Below, one piece after another: positions 48,443 to 58,709 of a stretch of DNA of 64,000 nucleotides (position 1 is its first letter; each line of letters begins with the position of its first letter). Both the position numbers and the translations under genes were made by a program. The notes under the pieces are model-generated. The model did no database searches and was not told the origin of the DNA. It was given only the letters and a program-made list of their open reading frames with translations. The stretch lies in contig MSGV01000017.1 of NCBI GenBank assembly GCA_001940845.1, forward strand, positions 9,864-73,863, in the 5' to 3' direction. Source of the stretch: Christensenellaceae bacterium Phil7. GTDB taxonomy: Bacteria > Bacillota > Clostridia > Christensenellales > CAG-138.

Positions 48443-50476
48443 TTGAGCAATAATAAAAAGAAAATTAACTATTGGAGCATTCTGTTCTACTTGATAATCA
48501 TCGCCGCTATAGCGATCTTCGTTGCGACCGGCAATGATAATATCAATAAAAAACCGGAAAAGCTTGAATATGCCGCCTTCTTTGATAAGGTAAGATCCGG
48601 CTTGGGGGAAACCATGGGTGATCCCAACAGCATCATTTATGCGGTTCAGATCACAGAAGAGACGCTATACGGTATATATACCGATGGGGTCGATGATGAT
48701 GAGATCGCAAAATTTGAAAAGGGAAAGACCTATGATTTTTATGTAACGGTAAGCTCCTCCGAAGCATTTATGAGCGAGATGAGCAGCCTGCTGTCTACTT
48801 ATTATGATGTGCCCAAGGACAGCATAACCGTGCTTGACTATGGCTTTAGCTGCAAGCTGAATCCCACCCCCACAACTCCCCTTATAATAGTGCTGCTGCC
48901 GACCCTAATACTCGTTGGCGGTCTCGTTCTGCTCTTCGTCATGATAAATAAGAGCCAGAATAAGCAGGGAGCGAGCTTTACCAAGAGCCGTGCGCGTACG
49001 GCGGATGAGCTCGGCAATAAAGTCACCTTTGAGGATGTGGCCGGTGCGGATGAAGAAAAGCAGGAGCTGCGGGAGGTCGTTGATTTCCTGCGCTCACCAA
49101 AAGCCTTCACCGAGATGGGCGCAAGGATACCCAAGGGCGTGCTGCTCGTCGGCCCTCCCGGCACGGGCAAAACGCTGCTCGCAAAGGCTGTCGCCGGAGA
49201 AGCGCATGTGCCCTTCTTCTCCATAAGCGCATCCGAATTCCTGGAGCTCTATGTCGGCGTTGGCGCGGGCAGGGTTCGCGATCTGTTCCAGACGGCGAAA
49301 CGCTGCGCTCCGGCGATCATATTCATCGATGAGATCGATGCTGTCGGCAGACAGCGCGGCGCCGGTCTTGGCGGAGGTCATGATGAACGCGAACAGACCC
49401 TCAACCAGCTTTTGGTCGAGATGGATGGCTTCACGAATAGTCAGGGAATAATCGTCATCGCGGCAACAAACCGCCCCGATGTGCTCGATTCGGCGCTGCT
49501 GCGTCCGGGAAGATTCGATCGCAGAGTGACCGTCAATTATCCCGATGTCAAGGGCAGGGAGGAGATCCTTCAGGTTCATGCCCGCCATAAGACCTTCGAT
49601 TCATCCGTTGATCTGCATAAGATCGCACAGCTCACCCCCGGCTGCACGGGTGCAGATCTCGAGAACATATTGAATGAGGCTGCCATACTTGCCGTGCGCA
49701 ATGGGCATGCGGCCATCTGTGCATCGGAGATAGATGAAGCCATCAAGCGCGTGCTCTATGGTCCGGAAAAGAAGAGCCGTGTGGTCACGAAAAATGATCT
49801 CAGGATCACCGCCTATCATGAGGTTGGTCATGCGATCATTGCACATTGTCTGCCCCATTGCGATCCTGTGCATGAGCTCTCCATCATCCCAAGGGGCAAT
49901 GCCGCGGGATATACACGCATGCTGCCCGAGGATACCTATGAGCATACATCCCGCAGCAAGCTCCTCGATACCATTGCCATGGCGCTTGGAGGAAGGGCTG
50001 CCGAGGCGCTTCTTCTAGAGGATATCTGCACGGGAGCCACGAGTGATCTCCAGAACGCAACCAAGATTGCGCACAGCATAGTTACCGAATATGGAATGAG
50101 CGATGCGATAGGTCCCGTCTACCTTGCCGGCGAGCAGGAGGTATTCATCGGCAAGAGCTGGGGACAGCAGCGGAACTATTCCGAAGATGTTGCGGCAAGG
50201 GTGGATACCGAGGTTCGCCGCATCATGGAGGAACAGAGCGAGCGCGCTATGAAGGTCATTGATGAACACCGCGATGCGGTCGAACGCATTGCAGCCGCAT
50301 TGCTGGAGCGCGAACAGCTCACCGGCGATGAATTCGTAAGGCTGTTCAATGGAGAGACGCTTCCCCCTCTGCATACCGAAAAGCTGATCCATCCCGAGGA
50401 TGAGACCGAGGCCGATAGGGCGGCCGAAACCGATAAGCCTTCCGAAGCATCTGGATCGGATTCGACCGTGGATTGA
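48443..50476 (+). CDS. ftsH: ATP-dependent zinc metalloprotease FtsH
   Basis: Two TM helices, [32 protein letters not shown]. Confidence 0.97.
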   Translation: MSNNKKKINYWSILFYLIIIAAIAIFVATGNDNINKKPEKLEYAAFFDKVRSGLGETMGDPNSIIYAVQITEETLYGIYTDGVDDDEIAKFEKGKTYDFYVTVSSSEAFMSEMSSLLSTYYDVPKDSITVLDYGFSCKLNPTPTTPLIIVLLPTLILVGGLVLLFVMINKSQNKQGASFTKSRARTADELGNKVTFEDVAGADEEKQELREVVDFLRSPKAFTEMGARIPKGVLLVGPPGTGKTLLAKAVAGEAHVPFFSISASEFLELYVGVGAGRVRDLFQTAKRCAPAIIFIDEIDAVGRQRGAGLGGGHDEREQTLNQLLVEMDGFTNSQGIIVIAATNRPDVLDSALLRPGRFDRRVTVNYPDVKGREEILQVHARHKTFDSSVDLHKIAQLTPGCTGADLENILNEAAILAVRNGHAAICASEIDEAIKRVLYGPEKKSRVVTKNDLRITAYHEVGHAIIAHCLPHCDPVHELSIIPRGNAAGYTRMLPEDTYEHTSRSKLLDTIAMALGGRAAEALLLEDICTGATSDLQNATKIAHSIVTEYGMSDAIGPVYLAGEQEVFIGKSWGQQRNYSEDVAARVDTEVRRIMEEQSERAMKVIDEHRDAVERIAAALLEREQLTGDEFVRLFNGETLPPLHTEKLIHPEDETEADRAAETDKPSEASGSDSTVD

Positions 50477-50557
50477 TAAAGCTTTGGCCTCCACTTCGCA
50501 TTCATAAAGCGGAGTGGAGGCGATCAACCAAACCCTGCAAAGGAGATAAGTTTAAAA

Positions 50558-51235
50558 ATGAAAAGATTTCTGGCTATTGTGTCGGCAATGCTCATTCTCT
50601 GCTTTGGACTCAGCGCCTGCGGCACTCCGGATGAGCAGAATACCCCCACCGATAAACCGACTGAGGAAACCCAAATACCCGAAGAAACCCAAATACAAGG
50701 AGATATGGATATGAACGAAAAGCTAATTGCAACGATAGAGATGGAAGACGGCGGCATCATAAAGATTGAACTCTATCCCGATATCGCGCCCCAGAGCGTC
50801 TATAACTTTGTCAGCCTGGCTCGCAGCGGCTTCTATGATGGGACAACCTTCCATCGCATCATCCCCGGATTTATGATACAGGGCGGCGATCCCACGGGCA
50901 CCGGCACCGGTCATCCAGGCTACAGCATAAAGGGTGAATTCTCCGCAAACGGCTTCACCAATGATTTAAAGCATACGCGCGGCGTGATCTCCATGGCAAG
51001 ATCGACTCCCTATGACAGTGCAGGCTGCCAGTTCTTCATCATGCACGCCGATGCTCCGCATCTCGATGGACTCTATGCGGCCTTCGGAAAGGTCATCGAG
51101 GGGATGGATGTCGTCGATCAAATCGCAAATGTCAAATGCGATCCCAAGAATAATCATCCGTACACCGAGGTCGTCATAAAATCCATCACGATTGAAGGTC
51201 CCGAGCTTCCCGAGCCCAATAAGCTCGCAAGATGA
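50558..51235 (+). CDS. Cyclophilin-type peptidyl-prolyl isomerase lipoprotein
   Basis: Lipobox LSAC; FHRIIPGFMIQGGDP; SAGCQFFI. Confidence 0.93.
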   Translation: MKRFLAIVSAMLILCFGLSACGTPDEQNTPTDKPTEETQIPEETQIQGDMDMNEKLIATIEMEDGGIIKIELYPDIAPQSVYNFVSLARSGFYDGTTFHRIIPGFMIQGGDPTGTGTGHPGYSIKGEFSANGFTNDLKHTRGVISMARSTPYDSAGCQFFIMHADAPHLDGLYAAFGKVIEGMDVVDQIANVKCDPKNNHPYTEVVIKSITIEGPELPEPNKLAR

Positions 51236-51341
51236 TCGATCAATAAATTGCTAAATCGCTGAAATTCGAAAGCCACCGCTGCCGGAGCAGCGGTAGTTTT
51301 CTTAAACAGCAAAATGCCCTATGATGCTCTCAATTTTACTG

Positions 51342-51370
51342 TTGACAATTCAGGCGAAACAGGTTATAAT
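51342..51370 (+). promoter_or_regulatory. Sigma-A promoter of tRNA-Gly
   Basis: TTGACA-17 bp-TATAAT. Confidence 0.85.
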
Positions 51371-51388
51371 TCAACCATAGCATGATAA

Positions 51389-51462
51389 GCGGGTGTAGCT
51401 CAATGGTAGAGCTCCGGCTTCCCAAGCCGGTCACGTGGGTTCGATTCCCATCACCCGCTCCA
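51389..51462 (+). tRNA. tRNA-Gly (CCC)
   Basis: GCGGGTG/CACCCGC stem, CCGGC-TTCCCAA-GCCGG anticodon arm, GGTTCGATTCC, encoded CCA. Confidence 0.96.
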
Positions 51463-51529
51463 TAATCGGACACCAATCCTGATACAATAAGTATCTGAGT
51501 GGGTGTCCGGTTTCTTTTTGCAAAGATTC

Positions 51530-52030
51530 GAATAAGAGAGAAACAGCACTTAATAGTGATGTGGATGTGATCGGGCAAAAAAAAGAAGCCCGAAGGCTTC
51601 CTGTTCAGTCGTTATCGTGGCTCATGGCTTTGAGCATTTGCAGTGCGGCCTGCTTCTGGTTCGGCTTTAAGCAAATCCAAGCATCGAACACCTCTTTCAT
51701 ATCCGGGGTCAGTTCCACCATATCATTATCTGCGAAGAACTGCGACATGGTTATGCCGAATCCTCTGCATATCGTCTCAAGGGTTGCAACGGATGGAAGG
51801 GTATTTCTTCTGAAAATATTTCCGATAGTGGACTGCGCCAAGCCGCACTCCTTTGATAGTTTGTACTCCGTCCAACCGCGCTCTTGCAATAATTGCTGGA
51901 GACGATCATGCGTATCCATAGCATCCCCACCTTTCTCATATCTATTTTACTTCCAAAGTGAGCAATAAAATACATATGAGTTGAAACGAAAATAGGTATG
52001 TGTTATGATGTAGTTTTATAGAGATACTTG
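51530..52030 (+). repeat. ~500-bp direct repeat, copy 1 (copy 2 at 54953-55454)
   Basis: Near-identical DNA from GAATAAGAGAGAAACAGC to GAGATACTTG, encoding identical 104-aa proteins. Confidence 0.95.
51605..51919 (-). CDS. XRE-family HTH regulator (copy 1)
   Basis: RGWTEYKLSKECGLAQSTIGNIFRRNTLPS. Confidence 0.88.
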   Translation of the reverse strand: MDTHDRLQQLLQERGWTEYKLSKECGLAQSTIGNIFRRNTLPSVATLETICRGFGITMSQFFADNDMVELTPDMKEVFDAWICLKPNQKQAALQMLKAMSHDND

Positions 52031-52444
52031 ATCATTGCGACCTGTGTCCCTGGTAACGAAATGGACAATGTTGACTTGGCAGGCAACCGATTTACAGATA
52101 CAAAGCGGATTGAAGGCACTCTGCCGGATATGCTGGATGGCGCATTAGCCTTTGTCCGTAAAAATATGCGGACTGCCACTAAAATTGATACAAAGACCGG
52201 TGCAAGAATTGATCTGCCCCAATATCCCATGGATGCCGTTCGTAAAGCGGTACTGAATGCGCTTGTTCACAGAGACTATAGTTTTCATACAGAGGAAATG
52301 CCGATACAGCTGGTGATGTACTCGGATAGGTTGGAGATTACCAATCCAGGCGGACTGTATGGGCGGTTCACTGTTGATCAGTTGGGTCTCGCACAACCGG
52401 ATACACGCAATCCTGTTTTGGTAACGGCAATGGAAACCTTGTGA
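52028..52444 (+). pseudogene. Internal fragment of a RecG-C/HATPase-type ATP-binding regulator
   Basis: YP.DAVR.AVLNALVHRDYS, DRLEITNPGGL, RNP; both termini missing. Confidence 0.72.
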
Positions 52445-52575
52445 AAAACAGAAAACCATTACTCAGGAATTCCCACAATCCGATATGCAAGGTAGCCCGG
52501 TTTTCGTTCGATAACAGCAAAGAGAGACTTTCGAATAATCGAAGTGCCTATAACAAAATCAATGAGATGCGTTGC

Positions 52576-53859
52576 TCAGAACAGTTCCACACGACCAAGC
52601 AAAAAGTCAATCAGATTGCAATGGAAAATACCGTTGTCATCGTAGAATTTGTGGGGAATGTCCATTCGGACAATGATCTTCTTGAAAAAATCCTTTGTCA
52701 GCAGCAGTGATGCCAGCTCCGAAGACTCCTTTTTTGCACCATCCATTTGGAATGCGGATTGGATATAGATTTTCTTATCCGCATCATTTACAACGAAGTC
52801 AATTTCCTTTTGCAGATTTGCGCCGCCGGTGCGGTCGGTAACGACGCCTACATCCACGGAATACCCTCGCCGAAGAAGCTCATTGTAGATGATGTTTTCC
52901 ATAATGTGACCGGGATCATATTGGCGATAATTAAGTCGAGCATTACGAAGCCCGATATCTGTGTAGTAGTATTTGTTAGGATACTTGAAATAGGTTTTGC
53001 CCTTGACATCATAACGCTTCGCCATAGAAATCAGGAACGAGTCGATGATATGTTGAATGTAGTTTGAAACCAGCATGGGATTGACCTTCTCGTTCTTCAT
53101 GCTTGCAAGCGCATTTGCAACATTGGTTGGATTGGTCAGAGAACTGATTTGTGAAGCCAAGAAATCCAAAATATCGCTAAGAATATCTTCTCTCTCTATT
53201 CCGTTGCGCTCCACAATATCTTTTATATACATCTCCGTATACAGACCCGTCAGATAATCTTTTTTGTCCTTTTCATCTTTCAAGGCTGTTACACGGGGCA
53301 TACCGCCGTAAAGCATGTAAGCATCCAGAGCCTTCCGCTCATCGCCGCCCACATGGGAGTAAAACTCTTCAAAAGACAGCGGATACACATGGATTTGTGT
53401 TGCACGACCACGAAATTCCGTAGCAATATCCTTTGACAAGCCCTTGGAGTTGCTGCCCGTTACATAGACATCCAGATTTTTGTAGGCTTTTAGTTCGTTC
53501 AGCATATCGTAAATGGATACTTCAATGCCGCCGTTCGCTTCGTCAATTACCTTCGTGGTAAGCTGAACCTCATCGATGAACAGATAGAACTTCTCGTTCT
53601 TTTGCTCCGCAACGATAGATTCCACATACTCGCAAAGTGTGATTGGGTTTCTGAATTTATAGAACCGGCGCTGATCCAGCTCAATCTTAATGATGTGATT
53701 CTCCGTAACGCCCTGAGAGATGAGATAATCATAGAACAAATCAAAGAGGAGTACGGATTTTCCACACCGACGAATACCGGTAATGACTTTTACTTCGCCA
53801 TTCCACATATTATGGACAATGCGATTCAGATAAGAATCTCGTTTAATCATAGTTTTCAC
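52576..53859 (-). CDS. AAA_14 ATPase with DUF4143-type C-terminal domain
   Basis: ITGIRRCGKS, FIDEVQ, VTGSNS, YGGMP, KYYYTDIGLRN, EIDFV. Confidence 0.88.
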   Translation of the reverse strand: MKTMIKRDSYLNRIVHNMWNGEVKVITGIRRCGKSVLLFDLFYDYLISQGVTENHIIKIELDQRRFYKFRNPITLCEYVESIVAEQKNEKFYLFIDEVQLTTKVIDEANGGIEVSIYDMLNELKAYKNLDVYVTGSNSKGLSKDIATEFRGRATQIHVYPLSFEEFYSHVGGDERKALDAYMLYGGMPRVTALKDEKDKKDYLTGLYTEMYIKDIVERNGIEREDILSDILDFLASQISSLTNPTNVANALASMKNEKVNPMLVSNYIQHIIDSFLISMAKRYDVKGKTYFKYPNKYYYTDIGLRNARLNYRQYDPGHIMENIIYNELLRRGYSVDVGVVTDRTGGANLQKEIDFVVNDADKKIYIQSAFQMDGAKKESSELASLLLTKDFFKKIIVRMDIPHKFYDDNGIFHCNLIDFLLGRVELF

Positions 53860-54032
53860 CTCGAACTTGCGACAGTTTTGTCGCTACTTTCATGTATAGT
53901 ATGCCACAGAAATCAAAAAATATCAAGATCATTCAGAAAAGTTAACAATAAAGTTTCGACATTTGCGTCGCAAGTTCGAGGTGAGATGGGTTCGATTTCA
54001 TTCAGCCAAGGAAGAGATCGATATTCAAAACC

Positions 54033-54293
54033 CTATTGCAAGACTTCTATCATCATCCTGGCACCCAGGCGAAAGCTACTCTGAAATAGCGGGCAATCCG
54101 CCATAGCCTGGAACTCCCGTACACAGTCCACATATCGAGAGGACAAGTCTTTCTGTTCCTCTGTAAATGTGGCTTGCAGCTTTTCCTCATTGCGGCAGAT
54201 CAGTTGAAGCAGCTCTTTGTATTCTTTGGTCGGTGGCGTGTCATACTCCGTCGGCTCGATGTTGCCGTACCAAAATTCTTCTAAAATCTTCAT
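54033..54293 (-). CDS. DUF6809-like small protein
   Basis: ILEEFWYGNIEP...FRLGARMMIEV. Confidence 0.7.
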   Translation of the reverse strand: MKILEEFWYGNIEPTEYDTPPTKEYKELLQLICRNEEKLQATFTEEQKDLSSRYVDCVREFQAMADCPLFQSSFRLGARMMIEVLQ

Positions 54294-54652
54294 ACAGCAA
54301 CCTCCTCGTAGATCAATTCTCTACGAACGATTTCTTCTGCACAGTTACGGATATTGTTCATAGCACCGACCCATGCCATTTGGTATTTAGCTTTCACGCC
54401 CTCCGTCACGTCCTCAGAAGCTGCCATTTGCTTGATAATAAGTTCGAGACGGCTCTGTGCCTGTTCATTCAAATCAGCCAGATATGTCCACAGTTCGCCG
54501 CTAAGACACAGAGCATTGAAGCGAAAGGGATGATGTTCTTTGAGATAGTCCCTGTACATACGTCCCCACCGACCAATCGGTCTGCTTTCCTCCGATATGC
54601 GAATATCGGGAATATAGCAATCACCGCAACGAAGATAGTTCAGTTCTTGCAT
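54290..54652 (-). CDS. tnpV: TnpV-family protein
   Basis: GDCYIPDI...IGRWGRM...YLADLNEQAQ...WVGAMNNIR. Confidence 0.85.
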   Translation of the reverse strand: MQELNYLRCGDCYIPDIRISEESRPIGRWGRMYRDYLKEHHPFRFNALCLSGELWTYLADLNEQAQSRLELIIKQMAASEDVTEGVKAKYQMAWVGAMNNIRNCAEEIVRRELIYEEVAV

Positions 54653-54952
54653 CGTATGTACCTCCAGTTATAGTTCCAATAATTCAGACAGAGAAAGAAA
54701 AGGGTGATACCTGGTTGTGAAAACCAAGTATCGCCAATTTTTCTTGTCGCACTCCTGTACGGCAGCTACCCTATGCCAATATTTTTTCATACCGTCTTAT
54801 TTGAAACTACCCAAGGGTGTCCGTTTTTTGCAAATATGCGTATTTATATTGATTTTCCTGCGCAGTTTAACGATACGGACTGATTCAGAAATGGTCTCTT
54901 CGGAGGCTGTTGCACCTTCCCTATCAACCCTTTAATCATATGAAAAGGGTTT

Positions 54953-55454
54953 GAATAAGAGAGAAACAGCACTTAATAGTGGTGTGGATGTGATCGGGCA
55001 AAAAATAAGAAGCCCGAAGGCTTCCTGTTCAGTCATTATCGTGGCTCATGGCTTTGAGCATTTGCAGTGCGGCCTGCTTCTGGTTCGGCTTTAAGCAGAT
55101 CCAAGCATCGAACACCTCTTTCATATCCGGGGTCAGTTCCACCATATCATTATCTGCGAAGAACTGCGACATAGTGATGCCGAATCCTCTACATATCGTC
55201 TCAAGGGTTGCAACGGATGGAAGGGTATTTCTTCTGAAAATATTTCCGATAGTGGACTGCGCCAAGCCGCACTCCTTTGATAGTTTGTACTCCGTCCAAC
55301 CGCGCTCTTGCAATAATTGCTGGAGACGATCATGCGTATCCATAGCATCCCCACCTTTCTCATATCTATTTTACTTCCAAAGTGAGCAATAAAATACATA
55401 TGAGTTGAAACGAAAATAGGTATGTGCTATGATGTAGTTTTATAGAGATACTTG
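54953..55454 (+). repeat. ~500-bp direct repeat, copy 2
   Basis: Matches 51530-52030 with a few substitutions. Confidence 0.95.
55029..55343 (-). CDS. XRE-family HTH regulator (copy 2)
   Basis: Protein identical to that of 51605-51919. Confidence 0.88.
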   Translation of the reverse strand: MDTHDRLQQLLQERGWTEYKLSKECGLAQSTIGNIFRRNTLPSVATLETICRGFGITMSQFFADNDMVELTPDMKEVFDAWICLKPNQKQAALQMLKAMSHDND

Positions 55455-55470
55455 GACAGGGGACAATGCC

Positions 55471-55959
55471 ATGAAAGAAAACGATAAACAGACGCACTGG
55501 GTATGCTTTACGGGTCATCGCCCGGAGAAACTGACCCGCAGTGAAAGAGCAATCAAAAATGACCTGGAAAAAGAAATCCGTCGGGCAATCGCGGATGGAC
55601 TGAATGTGTTTATTACCGGCATGGCCAGAGGCGTGGACATCTGGGCTGCGCAAATCGTACTGACCCTTCGTGATGAAGGCTGCCCAATAAAGCTGATGTG
55701 CGCCTGCCCTTATGATGGTTTTGAAAAGGGATGGAAGCAAGAGTGGCAAGCGCAATATAGAACCATATTGGCAGCAGCCGATTTTGTAAAGTATGTCTGC
55801 GATGGATATAGCTGTTCCTGCTTCCAGGTCAGAAATGAATGGATGGTCAATCATGCCGCCAGGGTCATTGCTGTGTTCAACGGCAAAAAGAGCGGAACTA
55901 AAAATACGATAGATTATGCGGCAAAGGTCGGAGTGCCTGTTGCCTCTATAGAGGGGTGA
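55471..55959 (+). CDS. SLOG/YspA (DUF1273)-family protein
   Basis: CFTGHRP, FITGMARGVDIWAA, RNEWMV, SGTKNTIDYA. Confidence 0.87.
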   Translation: MKENDKQTHWVCFTGHRPEKLTRSERAIKNDLEKEIRRAIADGLNVFITGMARGVDIWAAQIVLTLRDEGCPIKLMCACPYDGFEKGWKQEWQAQYRTILAAADFVKYVCDGYSCSCFQVRNEWMVNHAARVIAVFNGKKSGTKNTIDYAAKVGVPVASIEG

Positions 55960-55963
55960 ATAA

Positions 55964-56431
55964 ATGAGCGCAGAGATTATTTATGAAAAGAAATATCCTC
56001 ACATCGATCCGGAGGAGGAAAGGAAACAATTAGAGATAGAGTTGGCAAATAAGCCTCGGGAGCCTATTCCATCGGTCGATGGGGTGTATGAAAAGATCAT
56101 GACAGATACCGCCTATATCCTCATCCCAGAACGCATTAAGGGCAGCGAGGAATTTATAAAGATGGCCATAGAGGTTTCCCGGCTGTATGAGCTGGATACA
56201 AGGATTGCGCGCCACGACAGCCATATCTCCGTGACCTACTCCTTTAACTGTTGCGGTGGGATGCGTGATATTCGCTGCGTGTTCGGCATGGCTGATGAGT
56301 TTGCTTTCTTCAAGGACATATATGGCTTTGATTTCACCATTTCAATGGACTACTACACCCACGCCGTAATCAGCCGGGGCAGAATTATTGCGCCGGACAT
56401 AGAATTTCCGGGGCTGGGGCAAACCTTTTAA
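55964..56431 (+). CDS. Hypothetical protein
   Basis: 155-aa ORF with GAGGGG RBS, directly after the SLOG gene. Confidence 0.65.
   Translation: MSAEIIYEKKYPHIDPEEERKQLEIELANKPREPIPSVDGVYEKIMTDTAYILIPERIKGSEEFIKMAIEVSRLYELDTRIARHDSHISVTYSFNCCGGMRDIRCVFGMADEFAFFKDIYGFDFTISMDYYTHAVISRGRIIAPDIEFPGLGQTF
56331..56431 (+). repeat. ~100-bp direct repeat, copy A (copy B at 57944-58045)
   Basis: ATTTCACCATTTCAATGGACTACTAC...GGGGCAAACCTTTTAA present twice, with one substitution and one indel seen. Confidence 0.95.
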
Positions 56432-56520
56432 TCTCACGCAGTATGGTGCCCGTGGTATCCCATTCATGCAGCTGCTATCACCAAAACGATATAAAATTCT
56501 CATTTTTGCTCGGATAATTA

Positions 56521-56549
56521 TTGACTTACTATCACCTTGGTGATATAAT
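56521..56549 (+). promoter_or_regulatory. Sigma-A promoter with a palindromic operator in the spacer
   Basis: TTGACT-17-TATAAT overlapping TATCACC-TT-GGTGATA (56530-56545). Confidence 0.72.
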
Positions 56550-56578
56550 AAAACCAAACCTAAATTGGAGGATCGAGA

Positions 56579-57271
56579 ATGGATAAACTGATCACAGTCT
56601 ACCATGGATCGGGACAAATCGTCGATGTTCCCACCTTTGGGCTGGGCAGAGCAAATAACGACTTTGGCCTGGGCTTCTACTGCACGGAAAGCGACGAGCT
56701 GGCAAAGGAATGGGCTGTCTCCTCTCTGAGAAATGGGTTCTCCAACCGTTACACATTGGACACCGAATTTCTGAATGTCCTGAACCTGAACAGTCCGAAC
56801 TACACCATACTGAACTGGATTGCCGTTCTGGTGGAACATCGTCTCTTCTCCATCAAAACACCCGTGGCGCGTCGAGCAAAGCGGTATTTAATCGACAACT
56901 TTGGTGTCAATGTAAATGCCTTTGACCTCATCACCGGCTATCGGGCTGATGATTCCTATTTCGATTACGCCGAATCCTTTCTGAATAACGGCATCTCTGT
57001 GGAGCAGCTTGCACGAGCCATGCGCCTGGGAAAGTTGGGGGAACAAATCGTCATCAAGTCGAAGTTCGCCTTTTCCAAGCTGCATTATGAAGGTTTCGAT
57101 ATAGCCGAAAAGGAAAAATACTATGTCCTCCGCAAAGCCCGAGATGATGAAACCAACCAGCTCTATTTGGAAATGCTGGAAGAAGAAAGCGATGGTCTGT
57201 ATATTCAGGACATTATGAGGGGAGGCCTAAAGAACGATGATCCACGCATACCAAGAAATCTATTTAAGTAA
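56579..57271 (+). CDS. DUF3990-family protein (putative ADP-ribosyltransferase fold)
   Basis: VYHGS...GRANNDFGLGFYCT...LAKEWA; GYRADDSYF. Confidence 0.8.
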   Translation: MDKLITVYHGSGQIVDVPTFGLGRANNDFGLGFYCTESDELAKEWAVSSLRNGFSNRYTLDTEFLNVLNLNSPNYTILNWIAVLVEHRLFSIKTPVARRAKRYLIDNFGVNVNAFDLITGYRADDSYFDYAESFLNNGISVEQLARAMRLGKLGEQIVIKSKFAFSKLHYEGFDIAEKEKYYVLRKARDDETNQLYLEMLEEESDGLYIQDIMRGGLKNDDPRIPRNLFK

Positions 57272-57875
57272 TGCGCAATCCATCCTGGGTGATGCTTTCG
57301 ATTACGCAGTCAATGCCTGCAATATCCCCGGCAGCGATTTTACTAAGCTGTTTGCTGCCAGTTCCATTTCCAAGCGCATGGAAAATGGAGAGCCGGCATA
57401 TCTGGCAGGCAAAAGCGGCATCGAAATTATTATGGAAGTCATCGCAGAAACTACCGGCAAAGAGTTACAGATTATCCCCCAAGAACGCTTTGAGCGCTCT
57501 AAGGAATATTGGATCGGATGGGCAGTGGCCTATTACCAGTGGTATTCAGGCAGAAAGTATAGTGATATCTTCAAGGTTATCACCTTCGATGACTTACAGA
57601 ATATGTACTATACCCTCCATGAGGCGGACGTATCCAAATTCGTGGATATTGTGAATCAGCGGATGAAGGACTTCTTCCCGGATACCAACCTCAAGCGCAT
57701 CCGAACCAATTATGGCTGCACGCAGGCTGAACTTGCCAAGCGTTCAGGGGTCGGCCTTCGTTCGATCCAGATGTACGAGCAACGCAATAAAGACATCAAC
57801 AGAGCCAGTGTGGAAACCGTGCATAGCATTGCTAAAGTCCTTGGCTGCACAGTGGAAGATTTGATGGAAAATTAA
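57237..57875 (+). CDS. DUF3990 partner protein with C-terminal XRE HTH
   Basis: EYWIGWAVAYYQW, Y.TLHEAD; TQAELAKRSGVGLRSIQMYEQ. Confidence 0.8.
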   Translation: MIHAYQEIYLSNAQSILGDAFDYAVNACNIPGSDFTKLFAASSISKRMENGEPAYLAGKSGIEIIMEVIAETTGKELQIIPQERFERSKEYWIGWAVAYYQWYSGRKYSDIFKVITFDDLQNMYYTLHEADVSKFVDIVNQRMKDFFPDTNLKRIRTNYGCTQAELAKRSGVGLRSIQMYEQRNKDINRASVETVHSIAKVLGCTVEDLMEN

Positions 57876-57943
57876 AAATGATAGGGCAAGCGATTGAATG
57901 AAAGTGTCACCCTATGGCATCATTATAATAGCCAATAATAGCC

Positions 57944-58045
57944 ATTTCACCATTTCAATGGACTACTACACCCACGCCGTAATCAGCCGGGGCAGAATTA
58001 TTGCGCCGGACATAGAATTTCCGGAGCTGGGGCAAACCTTTTTAA
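57944..58045 (+). repeat. ~100-bp direct repeat, copy B
   Basis: Duplicate of the 3' end of ORF 55964-56431. Confidence 0.95.
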
Positions 58046-58091
58046 CGAAAAAGCCCACATAAATTTCTCCCATACCGCTCAATTCGTGATA

Positions 58092-58148
58092 TTGACATTT
58101 AAAAAGTTAAGCAATAAAATATTAAGGTCTTAACAGTTAAGAGGTTAA
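58092..58148 (+). promoter_or_regulatory. Promoter and TTAA-repeat operators of the MarR-ABC operon
   Basis: TTGACA-17-TAAAAT followed by TTAAGGTCTTAA and TTAAGAGGTTAA. Confidence 0.6.
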
Positions 58149-58170
58149 TTATTATGAAAGGAGTAAAGCT

Positions 58171-58704
58171 ATGTCCGATACACTGCATCTTGGGCTTGCT
58201 GCGGGCAGGATCTGGCTGTTGACCCAGCTCGATCTCAAGAAGCATACCGATCTTATCCTGCTGCCACCGAATCAAATGCGGACGCTGGAATACATTTGTA
58301 TGCATCCGGATTGCAGCCAGAATGATGTTGCAGCGGCCATTCATGTATCCCCTGCCGCTATAGCGCAGAATATGAAGAAGCTCTGCGGAATGGGCTATGT
58401 GGAGCGCATAGCATGCCCCGGGAATCTGAGAGCAAACAGCCTCAGAGTTACCGATAATGGCATCCTTGCGGCACAGGCCTGCACCAAGATATTGAAAGCA
58501 GAGGAAGCAAAGCTGACCAATGGCTTCACCGAAGCGGAGCGTGAGCAGCTTTGGGATTATTTGAAGAGGATCATTAAAAATCTCGAAGATTCCACAACGG
58601 ATTCACTGGGGCTTCCGGAGCTTGCGATGCTTATAATGAGCAAGGATTCGGAGGCCAAGAAGGATATGAAGGGACATGATCCATCAAAGGAGGTAAGTGA
58701 ATAG
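58171..58704 (+). CDS. MarR-family regulator
   Basis: SQNDVAAAIHVSPAAIAQNMKKL...GYVER...NLRANSLRVTDNG. Confidence 0.85.
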   Translation: MSDTLHLGLAAGRIWLLTQLDLKKHTDLILLPPNQMRTLEYICMHPDCSQNDVAAAIHVSPAAIAQNMKKLCGMGYVERIACPGNLRANSLRVTDNGILAAQACTKILKAEEAKLTNGFTEAEREQLWDYLKRIIKNLEDSTTDSLGLPELAMLIMSKDSEAKKDMKGHDPSKEVSE

Positions 58705-58709
58705 AAAAT

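Larger units (their letters stand above)
51463..58045. mobile_element. Mosaic genomic island / decayed elements downstream of tRNA-Gly
   Basis: Changed base and codon usage, TnpV, duplicated HTH gene, gene fragments, internal direct repeats; no integrase remaining. Confidence 0.78.
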
